This document shows, one piece after another, positions 30,544 through 39,806 of a DNA stretch of 64,000 nt. The DNA comes from an uncultured Chloroflexia bacterium (lineage in GTDB: Bacteria; Chloroflexota; Limnocylindria; Limnocylindrales; CSP1-4), in contig CAVVNQ010000007.1 of assembly GCA_963749705.1 (NCBI GenBank), forward strand, positions 128,001-192,000, written 5' to 3'. The stretch's first letter is position 1, and every line of letters starts with the position of its first letter. The position numbers were made by a program, and so were the translations under genes. The notes beneath the pieces were generated by a model. The model saw only the letters and a list, made by a program, of their open reading frames with translations, did not search any database and was not told the DNA's origin.

Positions 30544-32082
30544 ATGGCCGGACGCGGCAGTGCTGGGCGGGCAGCCTTCGATTGGCTGTCCGTCGTCGAT
30601 CTCAAGCGCGCGCTGGTCAACTGCCACACGGACATCGTTGGGGACTGGTACCGCGACCCCTGGAGTTGGCCGGAGCTGAAGTGGGTCGCCGAGAAGCGAC
30701 CGGATATGGTCGTCGCGCGTCTCAATGGTGGTGGCGTTCATCGAAGCACGAATCTCGACGTACCGAAGGAAAACTTCGCGACGCGTCCCGCAATCGTGAT
30801 GGACCCAATCGACCGCCTGATCTACCAAGCCCTGGTCGACAAGCTAAGTGGTTCGCTAATCGGCGAGATGCGCCCGTGGGTATTCGGTTGGCGGCTGCCG
30901 CGAAAGGATCCCGTCGCGGGTGTCTACTCCGACAATGGCAACGAGTATTCGTGGTACCGAAGCCGCGTCTCCCTCCTCGCCAATTTCCGTGCGTTTGGCT
31001 TGAGTACGGACATCGTCTCGTTCTTCGCGAACATCCCTGTTGACCGAGTCTGCGAGGAGATCGAGCAGAGGGCAGGAGGAAGTGCAGTATCAGCCCGCCT
31101 AGTCGACATGCTTCAGGCGTGGGGGCGAGTCGCAGGTAGGTCCGGGCTCCCACAGCGGTCGATGGCTTCCGCCACGCTCGCGAACATGTATCTGCGTCCT
31201 CTCGACGACGTGATGGTCGGCCTGGCCGGCCAGGTGAAGTTGTTCAAGGTCGCGTCCCTAACCCGATGGATGGATGACATTTGGGTCTTTGGCAACGACG
31301 ACGGACGCCTGCGAGCGACTCAGCTTGCGATAGAGTCGGCTATGCGTGACCTTGATCTGAACATGGGTATCGCGAAGACACACGTCCTGAGCGGAGATGA
31401 GCTGCTAGAAGCGACTCTCAATCTTCAACACTCGGCCGCCGATGAGGGGCTGAGTGAGACACCGATGAACACGAAGCCACTCGAGGAGCTCGTCGACCGC
31501 CTTCTCCAACGACCCGAAGCAGCCTCCAGGACGTCGGTAAAGTTCGCGACGGTGCGTATCCGTGGCAAGAAGCTCGACACATTGGTCCAGCCATTTGTCG
31601 ATAACGCCAACCGCATGCCGCATGCCGCCGATGCTCTCGGACGCCTATTCCGCGACGAGGAGCGCTGGCGAGATCTTGAGGATTGGTACATCAATTACAC
31701 CGGCTCCGCTTGGGGATGCCTGCCTTGGGCGGTGGGCCAGCTTGGCACCATGTTCCCGTCCGGGGACCCAGGAAAAGGAGAGGTGGCTCGGTACTTCCTG
31801 GAACGGATCGAAGCGCTTCCGAATCTCCAGCTTCTCGCATTGGCAGCGCAGCGATCCGGTGCCTGGAGGCCCGACGAAGCGAGACAGGCCATCCGCGAAG
31901 CCGCGAAGCACGCCAACCATCCTCTCGAGCGTCGCGTGCTTGCGCTAACAGCACTGGCGCTGAGAGAAGAGCGGGCATTTGTCCGGTCCTTGCTCAGGGA
32001 ATTTGAGCAAAACGACGTCACGTTGCAGATGATCGAGGCTCGGCACTTTGCCCCGATCGCAGTGACCGCCGACTTCAAGTAG
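30544..32082 (+). CDS. Stand-alone reverse transcriptase, probably UG/Abi (defence-associated) class
   Basis: VPK..TRP, TDIVSFFANI, GLPQRS.ASATLANMYL..LD, RWMDDI, L.LN..KT; about 200-aa helical C-terminal extension; GGGGGA RBS. Confidence 0.85.
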   Translation: MAGRGSAGRAAFDWLSVVDLKRALVNCHTDIVGDWYRDPWSWPELKWVAEKRPDMVVARLNGGGVHRSTNLDVPKENFATRPAIVMDPIDRLIYQALVDKLSGSLIGEMRPWVFGWRLPRKDPVAGVYSDNGNEYSWYRSRVSLLANFRAFGLSTDIVSFFANIPVDRVCEEIEQRAGGSAVSARLVDMLQAWGRVAGRSGLPQRSMASATLANMYLRPLDDVMVGLAGQVKLFKVASLTRWMDDIWVFGNDDGRLRATQLAIESAMRDLDLNMGIAKTHVLSGDELLEATLNLQHSAADEGLSETPMNTKPLEELVDRLLQRPEAASRTSVKFATVRIRGKKLDTLVQPFVDNANRMPHAADALGRLFRDEERWRDLEDWYINYTGSAWGCLPWAVGQLGTMFPSGDPGKGEVARYFLERIEALPNLQLLALAAQRSGAWRPDEARQAIREAAKHANHPLERRVLALTALALREERAFVRSLLREFEQNDVTLQMIEARHFAPIAVTADFK

Positions 32083-32655
32083 CAGCCGCTCGCCGCGGAT
32101 GCCGATGCCCCGATGTTGTGGGCTACCAAGTCGGTCGCACGACGAGCCTCGCGATCGAAGTCCGCCAGGCGGTATGCAGCAATGGAGGCGAGGCTGGAAC
32201 TGACCTCCCAATACACATAGGCGTCGATCGGGCCGGTCGCTCGGATTTCCTCGTCCAGTCGGGTCGCGGCATCAAGAAGTCGGGACTGTTCGAGAAGCCG
32301 GATTCGGCGACGCAATTCCTCATGATCGGAACCACGGAAGTCGTGCATCGCTGTTTCGCACCCCCTGCTTCAGTCACCGATGCCTGGCAGTCTAGGCGAC
32401 GGAGAGGCGTCGATCGAGGGCGCTGGGTTCGGGTGACGAGTGGTGAAGCCGTGCCCCGCGAGCTGACCTTGCTCGCATGAAGGACCGTTCCGGCCAGCCA
32501 ATGAGGACGTGATGCCAAGGTCCTGGAAGGCGCAGTCGACCACCTCCCCCAGACCCGGCGGCACACGATGAGCAGATCGTGCCACGTCAGCGTCCGTGGG
32601 ACGATGACCCTTGCGGCGGATCGGCCAGCAAGAGTCGCGGCTCGTGGAGTGGCAA

Positions 32656-33831
32656 GTGACCATCGACCCGATCAGGCGAATGACACCCGAGGAGTTGCGG
32701 GCCGCCGTGGACGACTTCGACAGGCGTTATGTCGAAGACTGGGACGCCTGGCTGGCGGCGGGGCCTCGGGACAAGGCGAGACTATTTGGGAAGATCCTGC
32801 GCAGGTGGCAGGCGACCCGGCCAAGGCCAATGCGCCGGATCAGGTCCGAGGCCCAGCACGGAGAGCCCTTCCTCGAGGACCTGCTCGAACTGGCGGCGGA
32901 GCCACTGGAGAGACTGGCCGACCTGACGGTGCAGACGCTCCCTCACCGGACGGAGCGGCAGGGCCGGGCACTCGCGGATCTGTGGGCTCTGTTCTCGGGC
33001 CTAACCTCAAACGGAACCGCGTCATGCGTCGGAATCTCCAAGAGCGTCCTCCTCCTGACCGACGGGCGGATCGGTCCCGCCCTCGACTCGAACGTCCGCA
33101 AGCAGATCCATGTCCGTCGGCCGGAGACGTGCGCGGCCTGGGTGGCGATCCTGGAGGGCGTGGCCGAGGACATCGCAGCCTACGAGTCCCGGAATGGTCC
33201 GTTGGCAAGGGCCGTCCCACCACCGTTCGCGCATCTCGCCTGCGGCCGGCTGTACGACATGGCGCTCGGCCCCCGGTCGCGTCTTGGGCAACAGGTCCGT
33301 CGCCCGTCGGGAATTAGCCGTCCGGGGCGACCTGCGGAGGCCCGGGGGAGTGGCCGCGGATCGTCCCCAGCCGGCGTGCCGCACGCGACGGCGCGTCCTC
33401 CGGTCGCGCGCGCGATGGCCACTGATGCCGCTCCCGTCGCTGACCGGATCAGGCGCCGGTTCGAAGCCGCGGGGCCGACCGTCCGGATACCCCTGCTGAA
33501 GGGAGGTCGTTCCTTCACGGCCTCGATCGCGGAGGACGGGATCACGGTCAGCAACCTCGCCAAGCAGCCATTCCTGCCATGGGCCGTGTTCGAGGAAGCC
33601 GTCGCCCTCCTCGGGCGCACCGGGGGTCACGCGAGTCGCGGTGACGCCATGAACTGCAAGCTGGGCGACGATGGCCTCTCCCTGGACTCGGTGGAGGGCC
33701 ACGTCGCGGCGGCGGTCTACGGCCGCCGAGTGGGTGACTCGGTATTTCGGCGGATCACGCCCGTCGCGGGCGTCCTCATCTGGGCGGGCGTGTGCGGACA
33801 CAGCCCAGGCGAGCTGTTCCTGCTCGGCTAG
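32656..33831 (+). CDS. Two-domain hypothetical protein with a low-complexity linker
   Basis: GGAG before the GTG; N-domain with VGISK...PALDSNVR; linker at about 33275-33420; C-domain ending RRITPVAGVLIWAGVC. Confidence 0.6.
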   Translation: MTIDPIRRMTPEELRAAVDDFDRRYVEDWDAWLAAGPRDKARLFGKILRRWQATRPRPMRRIRSEAQHGEPFLEDLLELAAEPLERLADLTVQTLPHRTERQGRALADLWALFSGLTSNGTASCVGISKSVLLLTDGRIGPALDSNVRKQIHVRRPETCAAWVAILEGVAEDIAAYESRNGPLARAVPPPFAHLACGRLYDMALGPRSRLGQQVRRPSGISRPGRPAEARGSGRGSSPAGVPHATARPPVARAMATDAAPVADRIRRRFEAAGPTVRIPLLKGGRSFTASIAEDGITVSNLAKQPFLPWAVFEEAVALLGRTGGHASRGDAMNCKLGDDGLSLDSVEGHVAAAVYGRRVGDSVFRRITPVAGVLIWAGVCGHSPGELFLLG

Positions 33832-33896
33832 GTTGGGCAACCATTCACGATCCGTTCATCGTGTTGGGGCCGCCCGGCGGATCGCGCGGCTAACGA

Positions 33897-34088
33897 TCAG
33901 GGACGCATGGCATGGCGGATCCGGCTGAGGATCGTGCTGACCCTACTGCGCAGTCCGTCGCCGCCCGCGCGAGCCCCCTCGCCATCGTCAGTTGTCCAAT
34001 GCCGCTTTCGGGCAAGCTCTTCTTCCGCGGTGCGGCGCTGTTCGTCAAGTGAAAACTCGGCGAGGCGGCGCCTGTCGTTGTATTGCAC
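33897..34088 (-). CDS. 63-aa charged hypothetical microprotein
   Basis: AGGAGG 6 nt before the GTG; C-terminal part of the 33897..34499 ORF. Confidence 0.5.
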   Translation of the reverse strand: MQYNDRRRLAEFSLDEQRRTAEEELARKRHWTTDDGEGARAGGDGLRSRVSTILSRIRHAMRP

Positions 34089-34498
34089 GGCTGGCCTCCT
34101 CCTGGCCACGTTGAGAGGGCGGACCCTCCGAGTCAAGGGGCGGGCGTCGCATCTGGACGCGAACCCGTTGGTTTCCGACCCTCCCATCGCCTGGGGTTGC
34201 CAGATGGTGCCCTTCGCTCTCACTGGGACCACAAGACTGCTCGCGTGCGCGCGCCGCAGCTTGTAGATCGGTCCCTGGCGCGCCTGCATCTGGCGAATAG
34301 CGCCCACCATGCGGTCGATCGAGGCTAGGCCCTGTTCACGATCCTGTCGCGACCGCGCGGCCTCCTCCGGCGACAGTTTCCTCGGCGGGGCGGGCTCCGC
34401 CCGCAGCAGGGAAATGACTTCATCGATGGAGCGACCGGGCTCGCACTGCTCGCGCAGACTCGCACCGGTCTGCTGTAGGGTCCGCGAGGGAGGTGTCA

Positions 34499-35896
34499 AT
34501 GCGCGACGAGGCCATCCACAGGGTCCTGGAGCGGGCGGACGCGGCGGGGGCGGAGCTCGTCCGGTTCCTGTACGTCGATCACGGTGGGGTCGTCCGGGGC
34601 AAGGCGACCAGCCGGGCGACGCTCGAGCGGCGGATGCGGACCGGGATCGGGCTGACGGTCGCGATGCAGGCCATGAACATGCTCGACGAGCTCCAGCCCG
34701 TCGAGGGCATGAGCCCGGCCGGTGAGGTGCGCATCGTTCCGGACCCCGGGTCGTACGTGGACCTGCCGTTCTCGCCCGGCGCGGCCGCGATGATGAGCGA
34801 CCTGGTCGATCTGGACGGGCGGCCCTGGGCCGCGTGCCCCCGCTCGTTCCTCCGGTCGGCGATCGCCATGGCCGCCGGCGAAGGCCTGGCGATCGAGGCC
34901 GCGTTCGAGCCGGAGTTCCTGCTCGCTCGACGGGAGACGGGCGCCGACGGCGATCGACTGGTGCCGGTGGACGAGAGCCTGTGCTTCTCCACGACCGGGT
35001 TCGCGCTCGCCCACGACTTCGCGCTCGACTTCGTCCGTGCGATCCAGGCCCAGGGCATGACGGTCGAGCTCTATCACCCGGAGCTCGGCCATGGGCAGCA
35101 GGAGATGTCGATCCGGCACGCCCCGGCCCTCAGCGCCGCGGACCATCAGGTCTGGTATCGCGAGACGGCACGCGGCGTGGCGTGGCGGCACGGCCTGTGG
35201 GCATCGCTCGCGCCCAAGCCGCTGCCGGACCAGGCCGGCAACGGCCTGCACTGCCACTTCTCCGCCTGGACATCGGCCGGGGAAGGGGAGGGCGACGGTG
35301 GAACCGCTCCCCGCAATGCCTTCCACGATCCCGGCGACCGATACGGGCTCTCGCAGCTCGCCTACCACTTCATCGGTGGCGTGCTGGAGCATCTCCCGGC
35401 GCTGGTCGCGCTGACCTGCGGGAGCGTGAACAGCTATCGCCGCCTCCTGCCGCAGCACTGGTCGAGCGCCTACGTGTGCTACGGCGACGACAATCGCGAG
35501 GCGGCGATCCGGATCCCGTCCCGGATGTGGGGCGACGACGAGGGCTCCACCAACCTCGAGCTCAAGGCGTCCGACAGCACGGGCAACCCGTACCTCGCGC
35601 TCGGCGGCCTCATCCACGCGGGGCTCGACGGCATCCGTCGACAGCTCGATCCGGGCGACCCGGTCAACGTCGATCCGGCCACGCTGAGCGAGCCGGAGCT
35701 GCGCCGGCGCGGCATCGCCCGCCTGCCGGCATCGCTGGGCGAAGCGCTCGACGCCCTGGAACGGGACGAGGTGCTCATGGAGGCCCTCGGGCCGTTGCGG
35801 CGGACGGCATACCTGGCCGTCAAGCGGTCGGAGGTCGCATCGTTCTCGGCGCACGACGCGGCGTTCGAGTGCTTCCAGCACGCGCTGCGGTTCTAG
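34499..35896 (+). CDS. Glutamine synthetase-like (gamma-glutamylation) protein
   Basis: RGK, FEPEF, ELGHGQQE, PKP....GNGLHCH, NSYRRL, NREAAIR, ELK..D...NPY. Confidence 0.88.
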   Translation: MRDEAIHRVLERADAAGAELVRFLYVDHGGVVRGKATSRATLERRMRTGIGLTVAMQAMNMLDELQPVEGMSPAGEVRIVPDPGSYVDLPFSPGAAAMMSDLVDLDGRPWAACPRSFLRSAIAMAAGEGLAIEAAFEPEFLLARRETGADGDRLVPVDESLCFSTTGFALAHDFALDFVRAIQAQGMTVELYHPELGHGQQEMSIRHAPALSAADHQVWYRETARGVAWRHGLWASLAPKPLPDQAGNGLHCHFSAWTSAGEGEGDGGTAPRNAFHDPGDRYGLSQLAYHFIGGVLEHLPALVALTCGSVNSYRRLLPQHWSSAYVCYGDDNREAAIRIPSRMWGDDEGSTNLELKASDSTGNPYLALGGLIHAGLDGIRRQLDPGDPVNVDPATLSEPELRRRGIARLPASLGEALDALERDEVLMEALGPLRRTAYLAVKRSEVASFSAHDAAFECFQHALRF

Positions 35897-35950
35897 CCCG
35901 GCCGGCGCGATGGCGATGCGAGCCGGACCTGAGGATTTGAGGCGCCCCAG

Positions 35951-37170
35951 ATGTCGACGGACACCGTGACCGACCTGCTCGCACGGATCGGCGCGACGCT
36001 GGGCGAGATCCCGGCAGTGGACCAGCACTGCCATGGCCTCGTCGAGACGTGGCCGGACCTCGACGACGCCGCGCCCGCATGGCGCCGATGCTTCACCGAG
36101 GCCGTGCGGCCTGCCTCCCTGCAGCGTGACGTTCCGTCCACCCGGGGCTACGTCGAGCTCCTGCGGGCGATGGCCACGTACCTCGGAGGCGCGGCGCCCG
36201 CCCCCGCCGACCTCGAGGCATGGGTCGTGCGGGAACGTGCCCGAGCGATCGGCGACGATCCCGACGCCTACGCGCGCCGGCTGTTCGACGACGCCGGCGT
36301 CTCGATGATCCTCGTGGACACGGGGTACGGCTCGCCGGACGTGGTCGGGCTTGCGCGCACGATTGGCCGGCCCGCGCACACGATCGTCCGGATCGAGAGC
36401 GTCGCCGAACGATGCCTTGCGAAGCCGCCGGGGAGCGCCCGCACCCGGCTTGCGTTCACCGAGGCGGTGCTCGAGGCGCTCGACGACGCCATCGCGTCGG
36501 GGGCCGTGGGGTTCAAGACGATCGCCGCCTACCGCGCCGGCCTCGACCTGCCCGAGCCGTCGGCCGCGGAGGTCGATGGCGCATTCCGGCGTCTCGATCG
36601 CGCGGTTCAGGCTCGCCGTCTCGACGACCGGGTGATCATCGCCCACGTCCTGTGGACGGCCGCCCGACTGGCGGCGGTCCGAGGCGTCCCACTTCAGGTC
36701 CACGTCGGGCTGGGCGACGAGGACGTCCAGCTTCCGGCCTCCGATCCGTCGCTGCTTCGGCCGCTGCTGCGCGACGCCTCGATCGAGGAATGCCGCCTGG
36801 TCCTGCTGCACTGCCACCCATTCATCGACCAGGCCGCGTATCTCGCATCGGTGTTCCCGCAGGTTCACGTCGACCTGTCGCTGGCGATCCCGCTGCTGGG
36901 CGGCGCCGGTGCGGAGCGTGCGATCGCGTCCGCACTCGCGCTGTGCCCCACGACCAAGCTCCTGGCCGGCTCCGATGGCCACTCCTATCCGGAGATGCAC
37001 TGGCGCGGCATCCGCCTGTGGCGAGATGCGCTTGCCAGGGTGCTCGCGCGCGAGGTCGCGTCGGGTCGAATGGACGAGGCCGAGGTCGAGCCGATCGGCG
37101 CGGACATCCTGGCCGGGAACGCCCGGCGGCTGTATCGGCTGCCGCCCGAGGCCGCGTGCGATCGCCTACC
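35951..37170 (+). CDS. Amidohydrolase_2 family protein (FluG N-terminal-like); domain ends near 37145 although the ORF stays open to 37726
   Basis: [52 protein letters not shown]. Confidence 0.75.
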
Positions 37171-39487
37171 CGCTCTTGCCGATCAGCTGCCGCAGGGCCG
37201 CCTGGTCCGGGGCGACCAGCTCGGCGATCCGCTCGCGGCTCACCTCGGCGACGATGACCTCGCCCACCTCGGTGTTGACCTCGCGGAAGATGCCGATGTC
37301 CTGCATCCGGGCCGTCTGGATCGCGTTGTCCTCGGTCGGGCTGACGTAGTGGACCGACTCCGCGCGGTAGCGGTGGATCAGGTACAGGTGCGCGAGCGTC
37401 ATCAGGCGCCGGCGCCGGAGCGAGGGATCGAACGTGTTCTGGTCGCGGACGGACAGGATGCTCCGGCCCCGGCGATCGTGGATGGGGGCGAACACGATCC
37501 CCGCCAGCTTGCGGTCGCCGCTGCCCACCAGGGCGAGCTCGAGGAGCTCCGACCCGGCCCGGTGCGGCAGCAGCCGGACCCGTGGCGCCGGCTCGAGCTC
37601 GTTGTGCTCCGCCCACAGCGCGAGCCACTGCTCGAGGAGGCGCTTGGGGACCTCGGTCTGCTGCGTGTGCTGGTGCTGGGTCGAGCCCTTGCCCATCGCC
37701 ATCGTGGTGGCCGTCCGGCCCGATGACGCGACGAGCGCGGCATCCAGGCGCGGGCCGCCCACCAGCGTCTGCGGCGTTCGATACGGCGACTCGACCAGCC
37801 GGATCTTCCGCTGGAGCCGGGCGAGCGCGAGCATCCCGTCCTGCTGGAGCGCGGTCGCGAACTCCTCCGCCGCGACGCCGTCGACCTGGTGCCCGCCGTA
37901 GGTGATGAAGTTGAACACGAACCCGAGCTTCCCCAGCTCCTCGGGGAAGCGCCGCATCTCGTCGTCGCTCATGCCGGTCGAGTCCCAGTTGAACGACGGC
38001 GACAGGTTGTACGCGAGCATCTGGTCCGGGTGCACGGCATGGATCGCATCGGCGAACCGCCGGGCGTCCGCGAGATCGGCGGTCTTGGTCTCCATCCACA
38101 GGATGTCGGCGAACGGCGCGACGGCCAGCGACTTGGCGATGGCATAGGGGATGCCGCCCGCGACCTGGTAGTAGCCCTCCGGGGTCGTGGCTCGCTCGCA
38201 GTCCCAGTCGACCTCCAGCCCGAGCTCGGCCGCGCGCGCCCGCGCGACCGCGTGCGACGCGCCGCGCGCAAACGCCAGCCACGCCTCGCGCGTGATCGGC
38301 AAGGACGCCTCGTCGCCGTCGAGATCGTCGTCGCGCTCGCGCTCCTCCAGCTCGCGCGCCTCGATCACGTCCGCGACCGCATCCGCGTAGGTGGCCAGGC
38401 CGGCGTCCTCCTCCCAGGCCGCGAGGAACCGCTCGGCCACCCGGTCGAAGGTCGCGTCGAGATCGGCACCGCCCGCGATGTCCGCGCTCGCCGCACGCAC
38501 CGCGTCCGCGATCCCGGTGCGCTCCAGCCAGGCGTCGGCCGCGCGGTACTCGCCATCGTCGATCGCATACAGCCGGTGCCCGTTGAGCTCCTCCACGCCG
38601 GCCTCGTGGAAGCGCCGGTGCAGGGCGAGGAAGGCGACCTTGTACGCGGGCACCTCGAGGTTCGTGACGCCCAGGATGAACGGCTGGTCGCGCTCGTCAC
38701 CGCGAGACTCGAGCAGGTTGGCGGACTCGGCATCGGTCCGCGCCACGATGATCCCGGGCACGCCCATGACGTCCAGCTGGAAGCGCGCGGCGTTGAGGCG
38801 CTTGATCTGCTCGTTGCACGACACCAGCACCTTGCCGCCCTGGTGTCCGCACTTCTTGGTGCCCGGGCGCTGGTCCTCGATGTGGTAGCCGGGCACGCCC
38901 GCCTCGACGAACCGCCGGATCAGGTTGCGGACGTGGGGATCGCCGCCGTGGCCCGTGTCGGCGTCGGCGATGATGAACGGGCGGTAGTCCGCCGCCGGGG
39001 TCGCGGCGCGCTGCTCGGGCGTCATCCGGGAGCGCAGGAAATGCTGGTTCCGATCGGCGGTCAGCAGCGCCCGGACCAGGCCCGCCGCCTCGTCCGGGAC
39101 CTGTGACAGCGGGTAGCTGGCGAGATCCGGCCCCGGGTCCTCCGTTGCCGATCCCTTGGCCGAGGTCGCCCAGCCGCCGAGGTAGATCCCCTCGATCCCC
39201 AGCCGCCTGGCGACCACGGCCTGGCCGGGGGAGTAGGGACCGAACGTCGTGATGCAGCGCCGCTGCTCGAACAGCTCGCGCAGCCGCGCGTGGAACGCGA
39301 TCGCCGCGTCCCGGGCGACCGTGTGCTCGGACGCGATCGTGCCCCGCTGCTCTGCGACCTGGCGGGCGGAGTGCAGGCGCGTGATGCGGGCGAACCGGGG
39401 GCCCGTCAGCCAGTCACGGACCTCGGCGATGGTCGAATCCGGGCGCTGTTCGGGGACCCCCGCAGCCGGGGGCGGTGTTGCGAGCAT
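37166..39487 (-). CDS. aceA: Isocitrate lyase, long (ICL2-type) form
   Basis: [45 protein letters not shown]; about 170-aa C-terminal extension. Confidence 0.92.
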   Translation of the reverse strand: MLATPPPAAGVPEQRPDSTIAEVRDWLTGPRFARITRLHSARQVAEQRGTIASEHTVARDAAIAFHARLRELFEQRRCITTFGPYSPGQAVVARRLGIEGIYLGGWATSAKGSATEDPGPDLASYPLSQVPDEAAGLVRALLTADRNQHFLRSRMTPEQRAATPAADYRPFIIADADTGHGGDPHVRNLIRRFVEAGVPGYHIEDQRPGTKKCGHQGGKVLVSCNEQIKRLNAARFQLDVMGVPGIIVARTDAESANLLESRGDERDQPFILGVTNLEVPAYKVAFLALHRRFHEAGVEELNGHRLYAIDDGEYRAADAWLERTGIADAVRAASADIAGGADLDATFDRVAERFLAAWEEDAGLATYADAVADVIEARELEERERDDDLDGDEASLPITREAWLAFARGASHAVARARAAELGLEVDWDCERATTPEGYYQVAGGIPYAIAKSLAVAPFADILWMETKTADLADARRFADAIHAVHPDQMLAYNLSPSFNWDSTGMSDDEMRRFPEELGKLGFVFNFITYGGHQVDGVAAEEFATALQQDGMLALARLQRKIRLVESPYRTPQTLVGGPRLDAALVASSGRTATTMAMGKGSTQHQHTQQTEVPKRLLEQWLALWAEHNELEPAPRVRLLPHRAGSELLELALVGSGDRKLAGIVFAPIHDRRGRSILSVRDQNTFDPSLRRRRLMTLAHLYLIHRYRAESVHYVSPTEDNAIQTARMQDIGIFREVNTEVGEVIVAEVSRERIAELVAPDQAALRQLIGKSG

Positions 39488-39502
39488 GTGGCCGTGGCTC
39501 GA

Positions 39503-39697
39503 TCAGTCGTTTTCGTGATCGCGGATGCAGTCGATGGGGCACGTGCACTCGGCAACGTCGGGCTCCGACGGGGGCGCCGGCGGCCAGGCGAGCTGGGTCC
39601 CGACGGCAGCCCAGGTGACGGCCATCCATTCCGGCGGCGGGGTGCGCTGCACGAGCAGGTCGACGGGGTAGGCGGTGAGATCGAAGAGGTGGGTCAT
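39503..39697 (-). CDS. 64-aa small protein preceding aceA
   Basis: AGGAGG RBS; C-terminal CTCPIDCIRDHEND. Confidence 0.55.
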   Translation of the reverse strand: MTHLFDLTAYPVDLLVQRTPPPEWMAVTWAAVGTQLAWPPAPPSEPDVAECTCPIDCIRDHEND

Positions 39698-39755
39698 GAT
39701 CGGCCCTCCTGTGGGGTTGGAACCCCATCCTGGGGGAGGCCGTAGTATCAGTCAA

Positions 39756-39792
39756 ATCACTTGATATGATCAGACATATCATTTGCATTGAT
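39756..39792. promoter_or_regulatory. Two LysR-type boxes
   Basis: ATC-N9-GAT at 39756-39770 and 39778-39792 in the AT-rich divergent gap. Confidence 0.65.
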
Positions 39793-39806
39793 GATCGAGG
39801 CCGGTC

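Noticed and set aside
30544-32082. RT as a group II intron, retron, DGR or CRISPR-associated RT
   Set aside because: No domain V/VI-like 3' structure or maturase/HNH domain, no retron VTG motif, no TR/VR repeat pair, and no cas1 or array seen
32370-32663. Short ORFs between the RT and the 32656 gene
   Set aside because: No RBS or recognisable motif; several overlapping frames are equally weak
34110-34225. Glycine, c-di-GMP or c-di-AMP riboswitch
   Set aside because: Conserved core sequences of these families were not found; kept only as an unassigned structure
33897-34499. Full 200-aa minus-strand ORF
   Set aside because: Its start overlaps the GS-like gene RBS/start and lacks an SD; only the last 63 codons have a clear RBS
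34526-34534. TGGAGCGGG matching the tRNA 3' end as a possible att site
   Set aside because: Only 9 bp, inside the GS-like coding sequence, expected by chance at this GC
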